Assembly: GCA_036394855.1 (NCBI GenBank) | Contig: DASWEF010000070.1 | Location: 18,189 to 82,188, forward strand | DNA from: Gaiellaceae bacterium | GTDB lineage: Bacteria > Actinomycetota > Thermoleophilia > Gaiellales > Gaiellaceae | Reading direction: 5' to 3' | DNA length: 64,000 bases | Shown: piece after piece, positions 36,517 to 45,692 of the stretch | Numbering within the stretch: the first letter of the stretch is position 1 | How the letters are laid out: each line of letters opens with the position of its first letter | Translations under genes and position numbers: made by a program | The notes under the pieces: model-generated | Told to the model about the DNA's origin: nothing | What the model saw: only the letters and a program-made list of their open reading frames with translations | The model's database searches: none

Positions 36517-37823
36517 AGCCGCCGCTGACGCTCGCGCGCCGCGCGATACGCATCCGCGCGATCGGCGCGCGGCTCGATCACACGGCCGAGCGGAGCCGAA
36601 GGCGGAGACTCCCCCAGACGCTCGAGCACATGTACGGCCGCACCCCGCAAGGAACCCTCGTTCACGCCTGACACGGTGATCGGACGCGCGAGCGCGTCGG
36701 CCATGATCTGGAGCCAGTCGGGGTCGTCCAGCAATGCCGTGCCCGTCGCGATGATCTCGCCGACCTCCGGCATCAGGTCGACAACCTCGGCGAAGCGGAA
36801 CGCGACTCCCTCCAGCGCGGCCTGACGAAGGTCGAGCGGCGTCGTGGCGAAGGTCAAGCCGTCGATCGCGCCTCTGGCGTGCCGATGCCAGCCGGGGCTG
36901 CGCTCGCCGCCGAGCAGAGCGAGGAACGTCAGTCCGTGGGCGCCGGGATCGCGGTCTGCGAGCGACTCCCCGATGTCCCCGACCGTCTGCTCGATCCAGG
37001 AGTGGAGGTTGCCGCCGTCCGACAGCGATCCGCCTTCTACGACACGGCGCCCGTCGAGCCGGTGCAGGAAGAGGCCCGGGCGCGGCCGGGGTTCTTCGGT
37101 CTCGTAGACGGTCCGGAATGCGCCCGATGTGCCGACCATCAACGCGGCGCGCTCACGAGTGACGCAGCCCGCGCCGAGGTTCGAGCAGGCGCCGTCGAAG
37201 ACCGCTGGGTACCAGCCGTCGACCGACTCGTCGGAGATCTCGGGCAGGCGCTCGGCGTCGAGTCCTAGCGCGTCCAGAAGCTCCTGGTCCCACGCGCGGG
37301 TGTGGAGATCGACCAGGCCCGTCGCGGAAGCGATCGACGTGCTCGTCGCAACCCGACGTCCGAGCAGCCGCGCGTAGAGGTAATCGCAGAACGAGACGTA
37401 GCGGCGTGCCGAGCGAAACGTCTCCGGCTCTTCCTCCGCGAGCCACGCGAGCTTCGCGGGCCAGTAGCTCGTGTGGAGATGACAGCCCGTCCGCTCGTGG
37501 ATTGCGACCGCGTCGAGCCGGCGCGAAAGCCGATCGGCGGCGTCGGCCGAGCGCGTGTCGCGCCAGCCGAGGATCTCGGTGAGCGGCCGGCCGGCCTCAT
37601 CGAGCGCGAGCAGGCTGTGCCCGAAGCACGAGCAGCCCGCGGCGTCGTACCGCTGCCCGCGAACGGCGTCGTCGATCGCCTCGCGGACGAGCGTGACGAC
37701 CCGCGCCGGATCGTTCTCGCCCGGATAGGTACGGCGGGCGGGCTCGCGTTCTCGCGCGTCGGCGTCGAAGACCTGGGCGCGAACGGAGGAGGTGCCGACG
37801 TCGACCGCGAGGATCCTCGCCAC
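36483..37823 (-). CDS. FGGY-family carbohydrate kinase (gluconokinase-like)
   Basis: ILAVDVGTSSVRAQVFD N-terminal FGGY motif. 446 aa. The 3' end overlaps the tkt 3' end by 34 nt. Confidence 0.8.
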   Translation of the reverse strand: MARILAVDVGTSSVRAQVFDADAREREPARRTYPGENDPARVVTLVREAIDDAVRGQRYDAAGCSCFGHSLLALDEAGRPLTEILGWRDTRSADAADRLSRRLDAVAIHERTGCHLHTSYWPAKLAWLAEEEPETFRSARRYVSFCDYLYARLLGRRVATSTSIASATGLVDLHTRAWDQELLDALGLDAERLPEISDESVDGWYPAVFDGACSNLGAGCVTRERAALMVGTSGAFRTVYETEEPRPRPGLFLHRLDGRRVVEGGSLSDGGNLHSWIEQTVGDIGESLADRDPGAHGLTFLALLGGERSPGWHRHARGAIDGLTFATTPLDLRQAALEGVAFRFAEVVDLMPEVGEIIATGTALLDDPDWLQIMADALARPITVSGVNEGSLRGAAVHVLERLGESPPSAPLGRVIEPRADRADAYRAARERQRRLYDAATSAPTS

Positions 37824-37868
37824 GCGGTGACGATAACGTCAGGCCCCACCGCGGCTAGCCTCTGGGTG

Positions 37869-39758
37869 ATGGCCGTCCTGATCGCATCCAACCTCCGCAA
37901 GGAGCTCTCCGGCGACCCGCTCTTCGACGGCGTCTCCTTCAAGGTCGAGCGTCGCGACCGGGTCGCCCTCTCCGGGCCGAACGGGGCCGGGAAGACGACG
38001 CTGCTCCGCGCGCTCGTCGGCGAGACGAGCCTGCAGGGCGGCGAGCTCGCGTTCCAGAAGGGGATGCGAGTCGCGCTGCACGACCAGCGCCCGCCGCTCG
38101 AACGCCGGCTGACCCTACGCGAATACGTCCTCTCCGGAGCCGCGGATCTCATCGCCGTCGAGGACGAGCTCCGCCGCCTCGAGCAGGCGATGGCGGGCGG
38201 CGAGCACGGCCCCGCGACGATGCGTCGGTACTCGGAGGCTCAGGCGCGGCTCGAGCACGCCGGCGGCTACGCCTGGCGCGACCATGCCACCGCCGTCCTG
38301 CGCGGGCTCGGCTTCGGCGACGAGCATCTCGACCGACCGCTCGAGAGCTTCTCCGGCGGGGAGTTGACGCGGGCATCGCTCGCCCGTGCGCTCGGAGGCG
38401 ATCCGGACCTGCTCCTGCTCGACGAGCCGACGAACCACCTCGACGTCGAGAGCCTCGAGTGGCTGGAGCGGGAGCTCCAGTCGCTCGACGCGGGGATCAT
38501 GATCGTCGCCCACGACCGCTGGTTTCTCGAGGCGGTGGCGACCGCGGTGCTCGAGCTCGAAGCAGGGCGCTCGACCTACTTCTCGGGCCCGTGGCACGAA
38601 TGGCGGCGCGAGAAGGCGGCGCGCCTGCACGCCGCCTCGCGGACCGCAGAGCGGGTCGGCCGCGACATCGAGCGGCTGGAGCGTTTCGTCGCGCGCTTCC
38701 GCGCATCGACGCCGAAGATGGCGCGCAAGGCCCAGGCGAAGCTCACGCAGCTCGGACGCCTCGAGAAGGAGCGCTCGCAGGCGAAGGGCGAGATCGATCT
38801 CCTGTCTCGGAAGACCAGGCGCCTGGGATTCGAGTTCCTGAAGCCGGCCCGAAGCGGGCGCACGGTCGTCGAGGCCGACGGACTCGAGCTCCGGGCCGGC
38901 GACCGCGTCCTTCTCGACGACGCCGGCTTCGCGATCGAGCGGGGCGAGCACGTGGCGCTGGTGGGCCCGAACGGCTCCGGGAAGACAACCCTGTTGGAGA
39001 CGATGCTGGAGAAGCGCGAGCCGGACGCCGGCTCGGTCCGCCTCGGACACGGCGTCATCCCCACGTACTTCTCGCAGCAGGAGATGGAGCTCGACACACG
39101 CGGGAGCGTTCTGCAGTGCGCGCAGCGGGCGACCGGACTGCAGCGCCCGGACGCGCAGAAACTCCTGGGACGGTTCCTCTTCTCCGGGTGGGACGAGCAC
39201 GAGAAGCCGGTCGTCGCGCTCTCAGGCGGCGAGCGCCGCAGGCTCGCGCTCGCCCTCGTCGTCGCGTCGGGCGCGAACTTCCTCGTCGTGGACGAGCCGA
39301 CGAACCATCTCGACCTCGAGAGTCGCGAGGCGCTGGAGGCGGCGCTCGAAGCCTTCCCGGGAACGATCCTGCTCGTGTCGCACGACCGCGCGCTCCTCGA
39401 CGCGGTCGCCGAGCGCACGCTCGCGATCGAGGATCGGCGGCTCAACTCCTACGAGGGCGGCTGGGCCGAGTACGTCAGCCGTCGCGAAGAGAAGCCCAAG
39501 CCGATTCCGGCGCCGGCGCCGGCCGAGATCAAGGTGGCGAAGACGGACAAGGCTCCGGCCGAACGAAAGAGGCCGTCGGAGCTCGAACGCATCGAGGCGG
39601 AGATCGCAGAACGCGAGCAGGCGGTCGCCGAGCTCGAGCGCCGCCTCGCAGAAGACTGGAACGACGTCGAGACCCTCGCGGCCCACAGGCAGGCGCGCGA
39701 CGAGCTGCACGCGCTGCTCGAGCGCTGGGAAACGGCCTTCGAGCGGGCACAGACTTAG
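37869..39758 (+). CDS. ABC-F family ATPase (two ABC domains, no permease; coiled-coil tail)
   Basis: ATG 37869. Two Walker A sites (GPNGAGKTT, GPNGSGKTT) and two signatures (FSGGELTRA, LSGGERRRL). C-terminal ELERIEAEIAEREQAVAELERRL. Confidence 0.9.
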   Translation: MAVLIASNLRKELSGDPLFDGVSFKVERRDRVALSGPNGAGKTTLLRALVGETSLQGGELAFQKGMRVALHDQRPPLERRLTLREYVLSGAADLIAVEDELRRLEQAMAGGEHGPATMRRYSEAQARLEHAGGYAWRDHATAVLRGLGFGDEHLDRPLESFSGGELTRASLARALGGDPDLLLLDEPTNHLDVESLEWLERELQSLDAGIMIVAHDRWFLEAVATAVLELEAGRSTYFSGPWHEWRREKAARLHAASRTAERVGRDIERLERFVARFRASTPKMARKAQAKLTQLGRLEKERSQAKGEIDLLSRKTRRLGFEFLKPARSGRTVVEADGLELRAGDRVLLDDAGFAIERGEHVALVGPNGSGKTTLLETMLEKREPDAGSVRLGHGVIPTYFSQQEMELDTRGSVLQCAQRATGLQRPDAQKLLGRFLFSGWDEHEKPVVALSGGERRRLALALVVASGANFLVVDEPTNHLDLESREALEAALEAFPGTILLVSHDRALLDAVAERTLAIEDRRLNSYEGGWAEYVSRREEKPKPIPAPAPAEIKVAKTDKAPAERKRPSELERIEAEIAEREQAVAELERRLAEDWNDVETLAAHRQARDELHALLERWETAFERAQT

Positions 39759-39762
39759 CGGA

Positions 39763-40332
39763 TCAGCTCTCCGCGAGCGTGGCGATCAGCGCCTCGGCCA
39801 CGACCTTCAGAGGGCGGCCGGAGATCTGGCTCGCCTTGCGCAGGCGTGCGAACGCGTCCTGCTCCGACAGGCCTTCCTTCTCCATCAGTAGACCCTTGGC
39901 GCGCTCGATCGCTTTGCGTGCCGCGAGTGCCTCGGCGAGCGACTCCGCCTCCTGGCGCAACGCGACGAGCTCTTCGTGACGAGCACGCGCCGTCCGGATC
40001 GCGGGCAGCAGATCCTGCTCGCGGAACGGCTTGACGAGGTAGCCGAAGACGCCGACCTCCGCGGCCCGCTGGACGAGCTCGTCCTGCCCGTAGGCGGTCA
40101 GCATCACGATCGGGATCGGCCGTTCGTCGAGGATCCGCCTGGCCGCCTCGATCCCGTCCAGCTTGGGCATCTTCACGTCGAGGACGGCGACGTCGGGCCG
40201 CTCGGAGCGGGCAAGCGCGACCGCCTCCTCTCCGTCCCGGGCCTCCGCGCAGACCTCGAAGCCCGCCCGCTCGAGCAGCGCCCGGAGATCGAGCCGGATG
40301 ATCGTCTCGTCTTCGGCGACCAGGATCCGCAG
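39763..40332 (-). CDS. pdtaR: REC + ANTAR response regulator, PdtaR-like
   Basis: RILVAEDETIIRLDL...VLDVKMPKLDG. ANTAR segment ALAARKAIERAKGLLMEKEGLSEQDAFARLRKASQ. No ATG or GTG near the REC start; GGAAGGAG precedes a CTG at 40332, so the start is uncertain. Confidence 0.75.
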   Translation of the reverse strand: MRILVAEDETIIRLDLRALLERAGFEVCAEARDGEEAVALARSERPDVAVLDVKMPKLDGIEAARRILDERPIPIVMLTAYGQDELVQRAAEVGVFGYLVKPFREQDLLPAIRTARARHEELVALRQEAESLAEALAARKAIERAKGLLMEKEGLSEQDAFARLRKASQISGRPLKVVAEALIATLAES

Positions 40333-40571
40333 CGGTGCTCCTTCCAGTGATGCTGTCGAGTCTCTGGGTCGCGAGCACCAAGCCAGAGGGCCGCACTCGC
40401 TCGCAGCCAAGGCTAAAGCCTTGGTAAGAGCGAGGGTGGACTCTGGCGCCGCGTGATCGCGGGCCAGAGGCCGACTGCATTGCTGGGAGGAGCACAAAGT
40501 GTGCCGAAACGCTCACGCGAGGGATGGTGTTTCGCCTCCGGGTGGGCGATCCTGAAAGGGCGGCCACCCTC

Positions 40572-40973
40572 ATGTCGGACCAGGAACACATCCTCCCCAA
40601 GCCACTTGTCCTCCGCGTGGAGATTTCCCCGGAGCAGGCGGCCTCCGTCATTCCCTTGTTCGAGGGACGGCGGGAGGACGTCGCCCAGGCGCCGGCCCGG
40701 CCCATCTCCGAGGAGGCGGTCGACGTCCGCGTCCTCGAGCTCCGGCAACGGGAGAGCGATCTGGAGCAGCGTGAGGCGCTGTTCGAGGCCGACGTCCAGT
40801 TCCGGGAAGACAGGATCGAGCGCTGGCGGACGGAGCTCGAAGAGCTCGAGCAGTCGCTCGACCGGCGCGAGCGCGACATCGTCAGCTACGTCGATCAGCT
40901 CCAGGGCGCCATCTCCGGCGACGACGCTTGGTGGTCGCGGCCGGCCGGCGGCGACGGCGGCGTCCGTCCTTAG
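40572..40973 (+). CDS. hypothetical coiled-coil protein (133 aa)
   Basis: High GC3. LELRQRESDLEQREALFEADVQFREDRIERWRTELEELEQSLDRRERD. Start ATG 40572 or 40524. Confidence 0.45.
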   Translation: MSDQEHILPKPLVLRVEISPEQAASVIPLFEGRREDVAQAPARPISEEAVDVRVLELRQRESDLEQREALFEADVQFREDRIERWRTELEELEQSLDRRERDIVSYVDQLQGAISGDDAWWSRPAGGDGGVRP

Positions 40974-41001
40974 CACCCCCGGCTAGTCCCTCGTTCGGGG
41001 G

Positions 41002-41262
41002 ATGCCTGCCCGCAAGCGGGAGCGGGACAATCGGCGCGTCGTGCACGCCGCCGCCGAGATCCTCAGCCCGGAGCTCGTCCTCGTCTCGCCGCCGGAAGTC
41101 GCGGCGCGAGCGCGACGCCTTCTCCCCGGCCCGATCCGGCACTTCACGCCTCCGGAGCCGTCGGCGGCCGTCCTGTCGCGCAAGAGCTTTGCGGCCTTCT
41201 ACACGGTGTGTCTGGCGGCAACGCTCGGACCGCTGCTCCTCGCCTTCCTCGCGTCACACTAA
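41002..41262 (+). CDS. hypothetical protein with C-terminal TM helix (86 aa)
   Basis: High GC3. C-terminus FAAFYTVCLAATLGPLLLAFLASH. Confidence 0.4.
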   Translation: MPARKRERDNRRVVHAAAEILSPELVLVSPPEVAARARRLLPGPIRHFTPPEPSAAVLSRKSFAAFYTVCLAATLGPLLLAFLASH

Positions 41263-41266
41263 TTCG

Positions 41267-42670
41267 TCAGGCAGGAAAGACGACCTCGGCACGAGTGCCG
41301 CCTTCGTTGCGGAGCTCGAGGCTGCCCTGCAGCTCGTCGCGAACGAGCGCACGAACGATCGAGAGGCCGGTGCCGGCCGCTTCGACATCGATACCCGCAC
41401 CGTCGTCTGCGATTGCGAGCACGACTTCGCCGTTGCGCTGCGCGAGCTCGATGCGGACGGCCTCGCCGCCGTGCTCGAGCGCGTTCTGAAGCAGCTCGCT
41501 GAAGACCAGGGCGAGCGCGGTCGCTCGGTTTCCGGCCAGAGAAACCGGCTCGAGCTCCGCGCGCACGTTCTTTCCGGTCGCGAGACCCTGGACGAGCATC
41601 GCGCGCAGCCGGTCGATGAGCTCCCGGAGCTGGACAACCTCCTCTCGCTGCTCGGTGAGGACCTCGTGGACGGCCGCGATGGCAAGGATCCGGTTGACCG
41701 AGTCCTCGAGCGCCTTCCGTGGGTCCGCATGCACCGAGCGAGCCTGCAGCCGCAGTAGCGACGCCACCGTCTGCAGGTTGTTCTTGACCCGATGGTGGAT
41801 CTCTTGCGCGAGCACACCGCGCATGACGGCGCGGCCGTGCTCCAGCGCGACGGCTGCGTGATGCGCGATCGACGCGAGCAGCGCACGTTCGTCTGCGGTG
41901 AAGGGCGTGTCGCGGTCGCAGACGAGCTCACCGATCTGTCGCCGCTTCCAGCGCAGCGGTAGGCGTACCGCGTGCAGGCCCGGGCGGCCCTCAGGCCAGG
42001 CGATGTTTCCGTCTTCGAGCACGAGCGCCGCACCGGTCGCACCAACCGCCTCCATCGTGGTCTTCACGATCGCCTCGAGGGACTCCTCGAGATAGAGCGA
42101 TTCGGAGACCGCCTCGGAGATCTTCGCCAGCGCCTCGAGCTCGGCCACACGCCGCTGCGCCTGCGCATAGAGCTGGGCGTGCTCGATCGTCTGGGCAACC
42201 TGCGCCGCGATCGCAGCGACGAGGTCGATCTCGTCCTGCGTGAACTCCCTCGGCTCGACCGTGCGCACGTTCAGCGCACCCGCCAGCCGCTCGCGCGCGA
42301 CGATCGGCACGGCGAGGATCGACTCGTACTGATCCTCGGGCAGGTTGGAGAACAACTTGAAGCGCGGATCGAGGTGCGCCTGGGCCGGGATCATGATCGG
42401 CGCGCCCTCCGCCGCGGCGGTGCCGGTAATCCCTTCGCCGGGACGCATGCGCGGACGCTTCGTCATCTCCTCCACGCTCGTACCGTGTGTCGCGCGCAGC
42501 ACGAGCTCGTCGGTCCGCTCGTCGTAGAGGTAGACGAAGCACGCCTCCGCCGCGAGCACGTCGGCGACTTTGCGAGCGACGAGAGCGAGCACCTCCTCGA
42601 GATCGAGCGTCGAGTTCACCGCGGCGATCGTCTCCGTCAGGAGGCGCAGATGACGTTCACGTACGTCCAC
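41267..42670 (-). CDS. pdtaS: GAF/PAS-like cytoplasmic sensor histidine kinase of the HisKA_2 class, PdtaS-like
   Basis: 467 aa. N-terminal GAF-like module. H-box EIHHRVKNNLQTVASLLRLQAR. ATPase FSELLQNALEHGG ... DDGAGI. Confidence 0.85.
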   Translation of the reverse strand: MDVRERHLRLLTETIAAVNSTLDLEEVLALVARKVADVLAAEACFVYLYDERTDELVLRATHGTSVEEMTKRPRMRPGEGITGTAAAEGAPIMIPAQAHLDPRFKLFSNLPEDQYESILAVPIVARERLAGALNVRTVEPREFTQDEIDLVAAIAAQVAQTIEHAQLYAQAQRRVAELEALAKISEAVSESLYLEESLEAIVKTTMEAVGATGAALVLEDGNIAWPEGRPGLHAVRLPLRWKRRQIGELVCDRDTPFTADERALLASIAHHAAVALEHGRAVMRGVLAQEIHHRVKNNLQTVASLLRLQARSVHADPRKALEDSVNRILAIAAVHEVLTEQREEVVQLRELIDRLRAMLVQGLATGKNVRAELEPVSLAGNRATALALVFSELLQNALEHGGEAVRIELAQRNGEVVLAIADDGAGIDVEAAGTGLSIVRALVRDELQGSLELRNEGGTRAEVVFPA

Positions 42671-42692
42671 TCGACCTCGTAGGCTAGCCGTC

Positions 42693-43166
42693 GTGGATCG
42701 CTATCACTGGCTGGTCGTCTTCCACGTCTCGGGCGCATTCCTCCTGCTCGGCGGCGCTTTTGTCGCGGGCGTATTCAACGTCGCCGCGCTGAGACGGGAG
42801 CGGCCGAGCGAGATCGCGCTGCTCCTCGGGCTGACTCGCTGGGCCGTGATCGCGATCTCAGCGGGCCTGCTCGTCACGCTCGGATTCGGTCTCTGGCTCG
42901 TGCACAACGCCGGCTACGGCTGGGGAGAAGCCTGGATCGTCGTCTCGCTCGTGCTGTGGGCTTTCTCCGGCTTCCTGGGGAGTCGCGGCGGGCGGATGCA
43001 GCGGGAGGCGCGTCTGCTCGCCGAACGGCTCGCCGCGGCCGGCGACGCTCCGAGTCAGGAGCTGCGCGCCCGTCTCCGCGATCCGGTCGCTCTGGCGCTG
43101 AGCTGGTCCAGCGGCCTCGCCGCGCTTGCGATCCTCGGCTTGATGATCTGGAAGCCGGGCGCATGA
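42693..43166 (+). CDS. DUF2269-like integral membrane protein (157 aa)
   Basis: Four hydrophobic helices. WLVVFHVSGAFLLLGG N-terminus typical of DUF2269. Confidence 0.65.
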   Translation: MDRYHWLVVFHVSGAFLLLGGAFVAGVFNVAALRRERPSEIALLLGLTRWAVIAISAGLLVTLGFGLWLVHNAGYGWGEAWIVVSLVLWAFSGFLGSRGGRMQREARLLAERLAAAGDAPSQELRARLRDPVALALSWSSGLAALAILGLMIWKPGA

Positions 43167-43600
43167 TCGTTGCCGTCGTCCGTCCGGACAGCTGGAACCT
43201 GCCGCTGTTCCTGCACGTGCTCGGCGCGGTCGCGCTCGTCGGCGCCGTCGCGGCGGTGGCTCTTGCCGCCGGGCGTTCCCTCGACTCGCCGCTCCTTCGG
43301 CGGCTCGCGTTCTGGACGCTGCTCACCGTCGTGCTTCCCGCCTGGGTGCTGATGCGGGTGGCCGGGGAGTGGATCGACTCGAAGGAAGACATTCCCGGCG
43401 ATCCCACCTGGCTGGGAATCGGCTTCATGGTGGGCGACATCGGACTGATCGTCCTGATCGTTGCGACCGTCGTCGGCTGGTGGAGCGCCCGAAGGGTGCA
43501 GCAGCGCTGGCCGGCCCAGCTCCTCACCGTGCTGGCCTCCCTGTACCTCGTCGCGCTCCTCGTGGCGATGTTCGCCATGAGCGGCAAGCCCGGTGCCTAA
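43163..43600 (+). CDS. integral membrane protein (145 aa), distant paralogue of the upstream gene
   Basis: ATGA overlap with the upstream stop. LPLFLHVLGAVALVGAV... Four hydrophobic segments. Confidence 0.6.
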   Translation: MIVAVVRPDSWNLPLFLHVLGAVALVGAVAAVALAAGRSLDSPLLRRLAFWTLLTVVLPAWVLMRVAGEWIDSKEDIPGDPTWLGIGFMVGDIGLIVLIVATVVGWWSARRVQQRWPAQLLTVLASLYLVALLVAMFAMSGKPGA

Positions 43601-43657
43601 CAAAACCCTTACGTTGCGCAGGGGATTTTCCTTGCAGACGGGGAATAGGTTTCGCAC

Positions 43658-43912
43658 GTGTCCGCTCTCCCCTTGAATCTCGTGGATACAGCCGGGTTCC
43701 TGGTCGCCGACAACCGTGGCCGGGTGATTGGGAAGGTCGAGTGCCCGATGTACGGGACGCTTCCTGACGTCCCGGACGCGCTCGCGGTCAAGAGCGGCTT
43801 CCTCGCGCGACACCGCCGGCTCGTCCCGGCCGACACCATCGCGGACGTCGATCCCGCAAGCCGGGTCGTCGGCCTTCGCGTCGCGCGCGAGACCATTCGT
43901 AGATTTCTCTAG
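43658..43912 (+). CDS. small PRC-barrel-like protein (84 aa)
   Basis: GFLVADNRGRVIGKVE ... RRLVPADTIADVD pattern resembles a PRC barrel. GTG start. Confidence 0.5.
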   Translation: MSALPLNLVDTAGFLVADNRGRVIGKVECPMYGTLPDVPDALAVKSGFLARHRRLVPADTIADVDPASRVVGLRVARETIRRFL

Positions 43913-43930
43913 TCGGCCCTAGAACGACCA

Positions 43931-43957
43931 CGAGCTGCGCGAAGACGCGGCAGCTCG
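43931..43957 (+). terminator. terminator-like hairpin after the PRC-barrel gene
   Basis: CGAGCTGCGCG-AAGA-CGCGGCAGCTCG, 11 bp with one bulge, 19 nt after the stop. No U-tract. Confidence 0.35.
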
Positions 43958-44058
43958 CAGTCGGCCGTCAGTTGGATCCCGCAGGCCGCAGAGCTCGCGG
44001 GACCGGCCTCAATCTTCCTCCATTTCCGGATTTCGGACAAGTCGCCGGTCGACGACAG

Positions 44059-44100
44059 CCGGGTCCCAAAAACCAGGGTCTGACCCTACGTGTGAAGGAA
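44059..44100 (+). repeat. copy A of the dispersed palindrome-containing element
   Basis: CCGGGTCCCAAAAACCAGGGTCTGACCCTACGTGTGAAGGAA. Palindrome AGGGTC-T-GACCCT at 44075-44087. Confidence 0.6.
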
Positions 44101-44138
44101 GCGGGACGATCTCTCCCCAGGGCCAACGCGCGTAACAG

Positions 44139-44190
44139 ACGGGTCCCAAAAGGCAGGGTCTGACCCTGGCTGTGAAAAAGGTGTGTCGCT
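44139..44190 (+). repeat. copy B of the dispersed palindrome-containing element
   Basis: ACGGGTCCCAAAAGGCAGGGTCTGACCCTGGCTGTGAAAAAGGTGTGTCGCT. Palindrome CAGGGTC-T-GACCCTG at 44154-44168, 80 bp after copy A. Confidence 0.6.
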
Positions 44191-44233
44191 TCGGCGCCGG
44201 CTTACACCACGTGTCGCCGGGTGGTTCGGCTAG

Positions 44234-45598
44234 CTAGAGAACGCTGAGGTACTTGTCGAGCTCCCACTGGGAGAGCTGGACGCGGTACTCGTCCCACTCG
44301 CCTCGCTTCAGCTCGACGTAGCGGTCGAAGATGTGCGGGCCTAAGGCCTCACGGGCCAGGTCTGACGTCGACAACTCGTCGATCGCTTCGCCGAGGGTCT
44401 CCGGGAGCGAGACGATGCCGCGCTCCCGCCGCTGCTCCGCCGTCAAGTGGTAGAGGTTCGTCTCCATCGGCTCGGGGAGGTCGTAGCCCTGCTCGATCCC
44501 CTCCAGGCCGGCGTGCAGGAGCGAGGCGAACGTCAGATACGGATTGCAGGCCGGGTCGGGACACCGGATCTCGGCGCGGGTCGCCTGCTCGGCGCCGGGC
44601 TTGTAGAGCGGGATCCGGATCAGGGCGGAGCGGTTTCGCCGCGACCAGGCGACGTACACCGGTGCCTCGTAGCCGGGCACGAGCCGCTTGTAGGAGTTGA
44701 CCCACTGCGCGAACACGGCGCTGATCTCCCGCGCGTGGCGGAGCTGGCCGGCGATGAACGCCTTCCCTGCGTCCGACAGATGCCAGTCGTCGTCGGCATC
44801 GAAGAACGCGTTCCGCCCGTCCTTGAACAGCGACTGGTGCGTGTGCATCCCCGAGCCGTTCTCGCCGAAGATCGGCTTCGGCATGAAGCTCGCGTGGAAG
44901 CCCGCCTTCTTCGCGATCTCCTTGACGATCAGCCGGTAGGTGACCGTGTGGTCGGCCATCGAGAGCGCGTCGGCAAAGCGCATGTCGATCTCGTGCTGCG
45001 AGGGACCGACCTCGTGGTGGACGTACTCGATCGGGATTCCCATCGACTCGAGCGCGCGGACAGTCTCCTGGCGCAGCTCGCTCGCGGCATCCATCGTCGT
45101 CATGGCGAAGTAGCCGCCCTCGTCGAGCGTCTCGGTGCCCTTGTCGTCGCGGAAGAGGAAGTACTCGAGCTCCGGTCCGACGTTGAAGGTGTCGAAGCCG
45201 AGGGCGACCATCCGGTCGAGAGCCCGGCGCAGGACGTAACGGGGATCGCCTTCGTACGGGTTCCCGTCCGGCGTGACGATGTCGCAGATCATCCGCGCGA
45301 CCTTCGTCTCCCCTTCCTTCCACGGCATCAGCTGGAACGTCTCCGGATCGGGGATCGCGATCATGTCCGACTCCTCGATCGCGTTGAAGCCCGTGATGGA
45401 GGAACCGTCGAAGCCCATGCCGTCGTCGAGCGCGTCCTCGACCTCGCTCGGCGTGATCGCAAAGCTCTTGAGGTGACCCTCGATGTCCGAGAACCAGAGG
45501 AGGACGAACTCCACGCCTTCCTTCTCGATCCTCCCCCGGACCTGTTTCCGCGAGTCCTCGCTCGACGTGGCCCTGTTTCTTGTCCCGACCTGCGCCAT
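44234..45598 (-). CDS. glnA: glutamine synthetase, type I (GSI-alpha-like, 454 aa)
   Basis: FDGSSITGF, GPELEYFLF, HHEVGPSQHEID, NGSGMHTHQSL, SYKRLVPGYEAP. AAGGGAGGA SD. Confidence 0.95.
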   Translation of the reverse strand: MAQVGTRNRATSSEDSRKQVRGRIEKEGVEFVLLWFSDIEGHLKSFAITPSEVEDALDDGMGFDGSSITGFNAIEESDMIAIPDPETFQLMPWKEGETKVARMICDIVTPDGNPYEGDPRYVLRRALDRMVALGFDTFNVGPELEYFLFRDDKGTETLDEGGYFAMTTMDAASELRQETVRALESMGIPIEYVHHEVGPSQHEIDMRFADALSMADHTVTYRLIVKEIAKKAGFHASFMPKPIFGENGSGMHTHQSLFKDGRNAFFDADDDWHLSDAGKAFIAGQLRHAREISAVFAQWVNSYKRLVPGYEAPVYVAWSRRNRSALIRIPLYKPGAEQATRAEIRCPDPACNPYLTFASLLHAGLEGIEQGYDLPEPMETNLYHLTAEQRRERGIVSLPETLGEAIDELSTSDLAREALGPHIFDRYVELKRGEWDEYRVQLSQWELDKYLSVL

Positions 45599-45692
45599 GA
45601 ATCCTCCCTTGAAATGCGAAAAGCCTCAGGCGCGGACGACGCACCCGAGGCTCCGTTGCCTCGACGACGCCCGGAGTCTATACCGTGACGCT

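Noticed and set aside
45599-45692. GlnR-type box (gTnAc-n6-GaAAc) upstream of glnA.
   Set aside because: Only a weak partial match (GTCAC-n6-GACTC) is present, which is not convincing without a scoring matrix.
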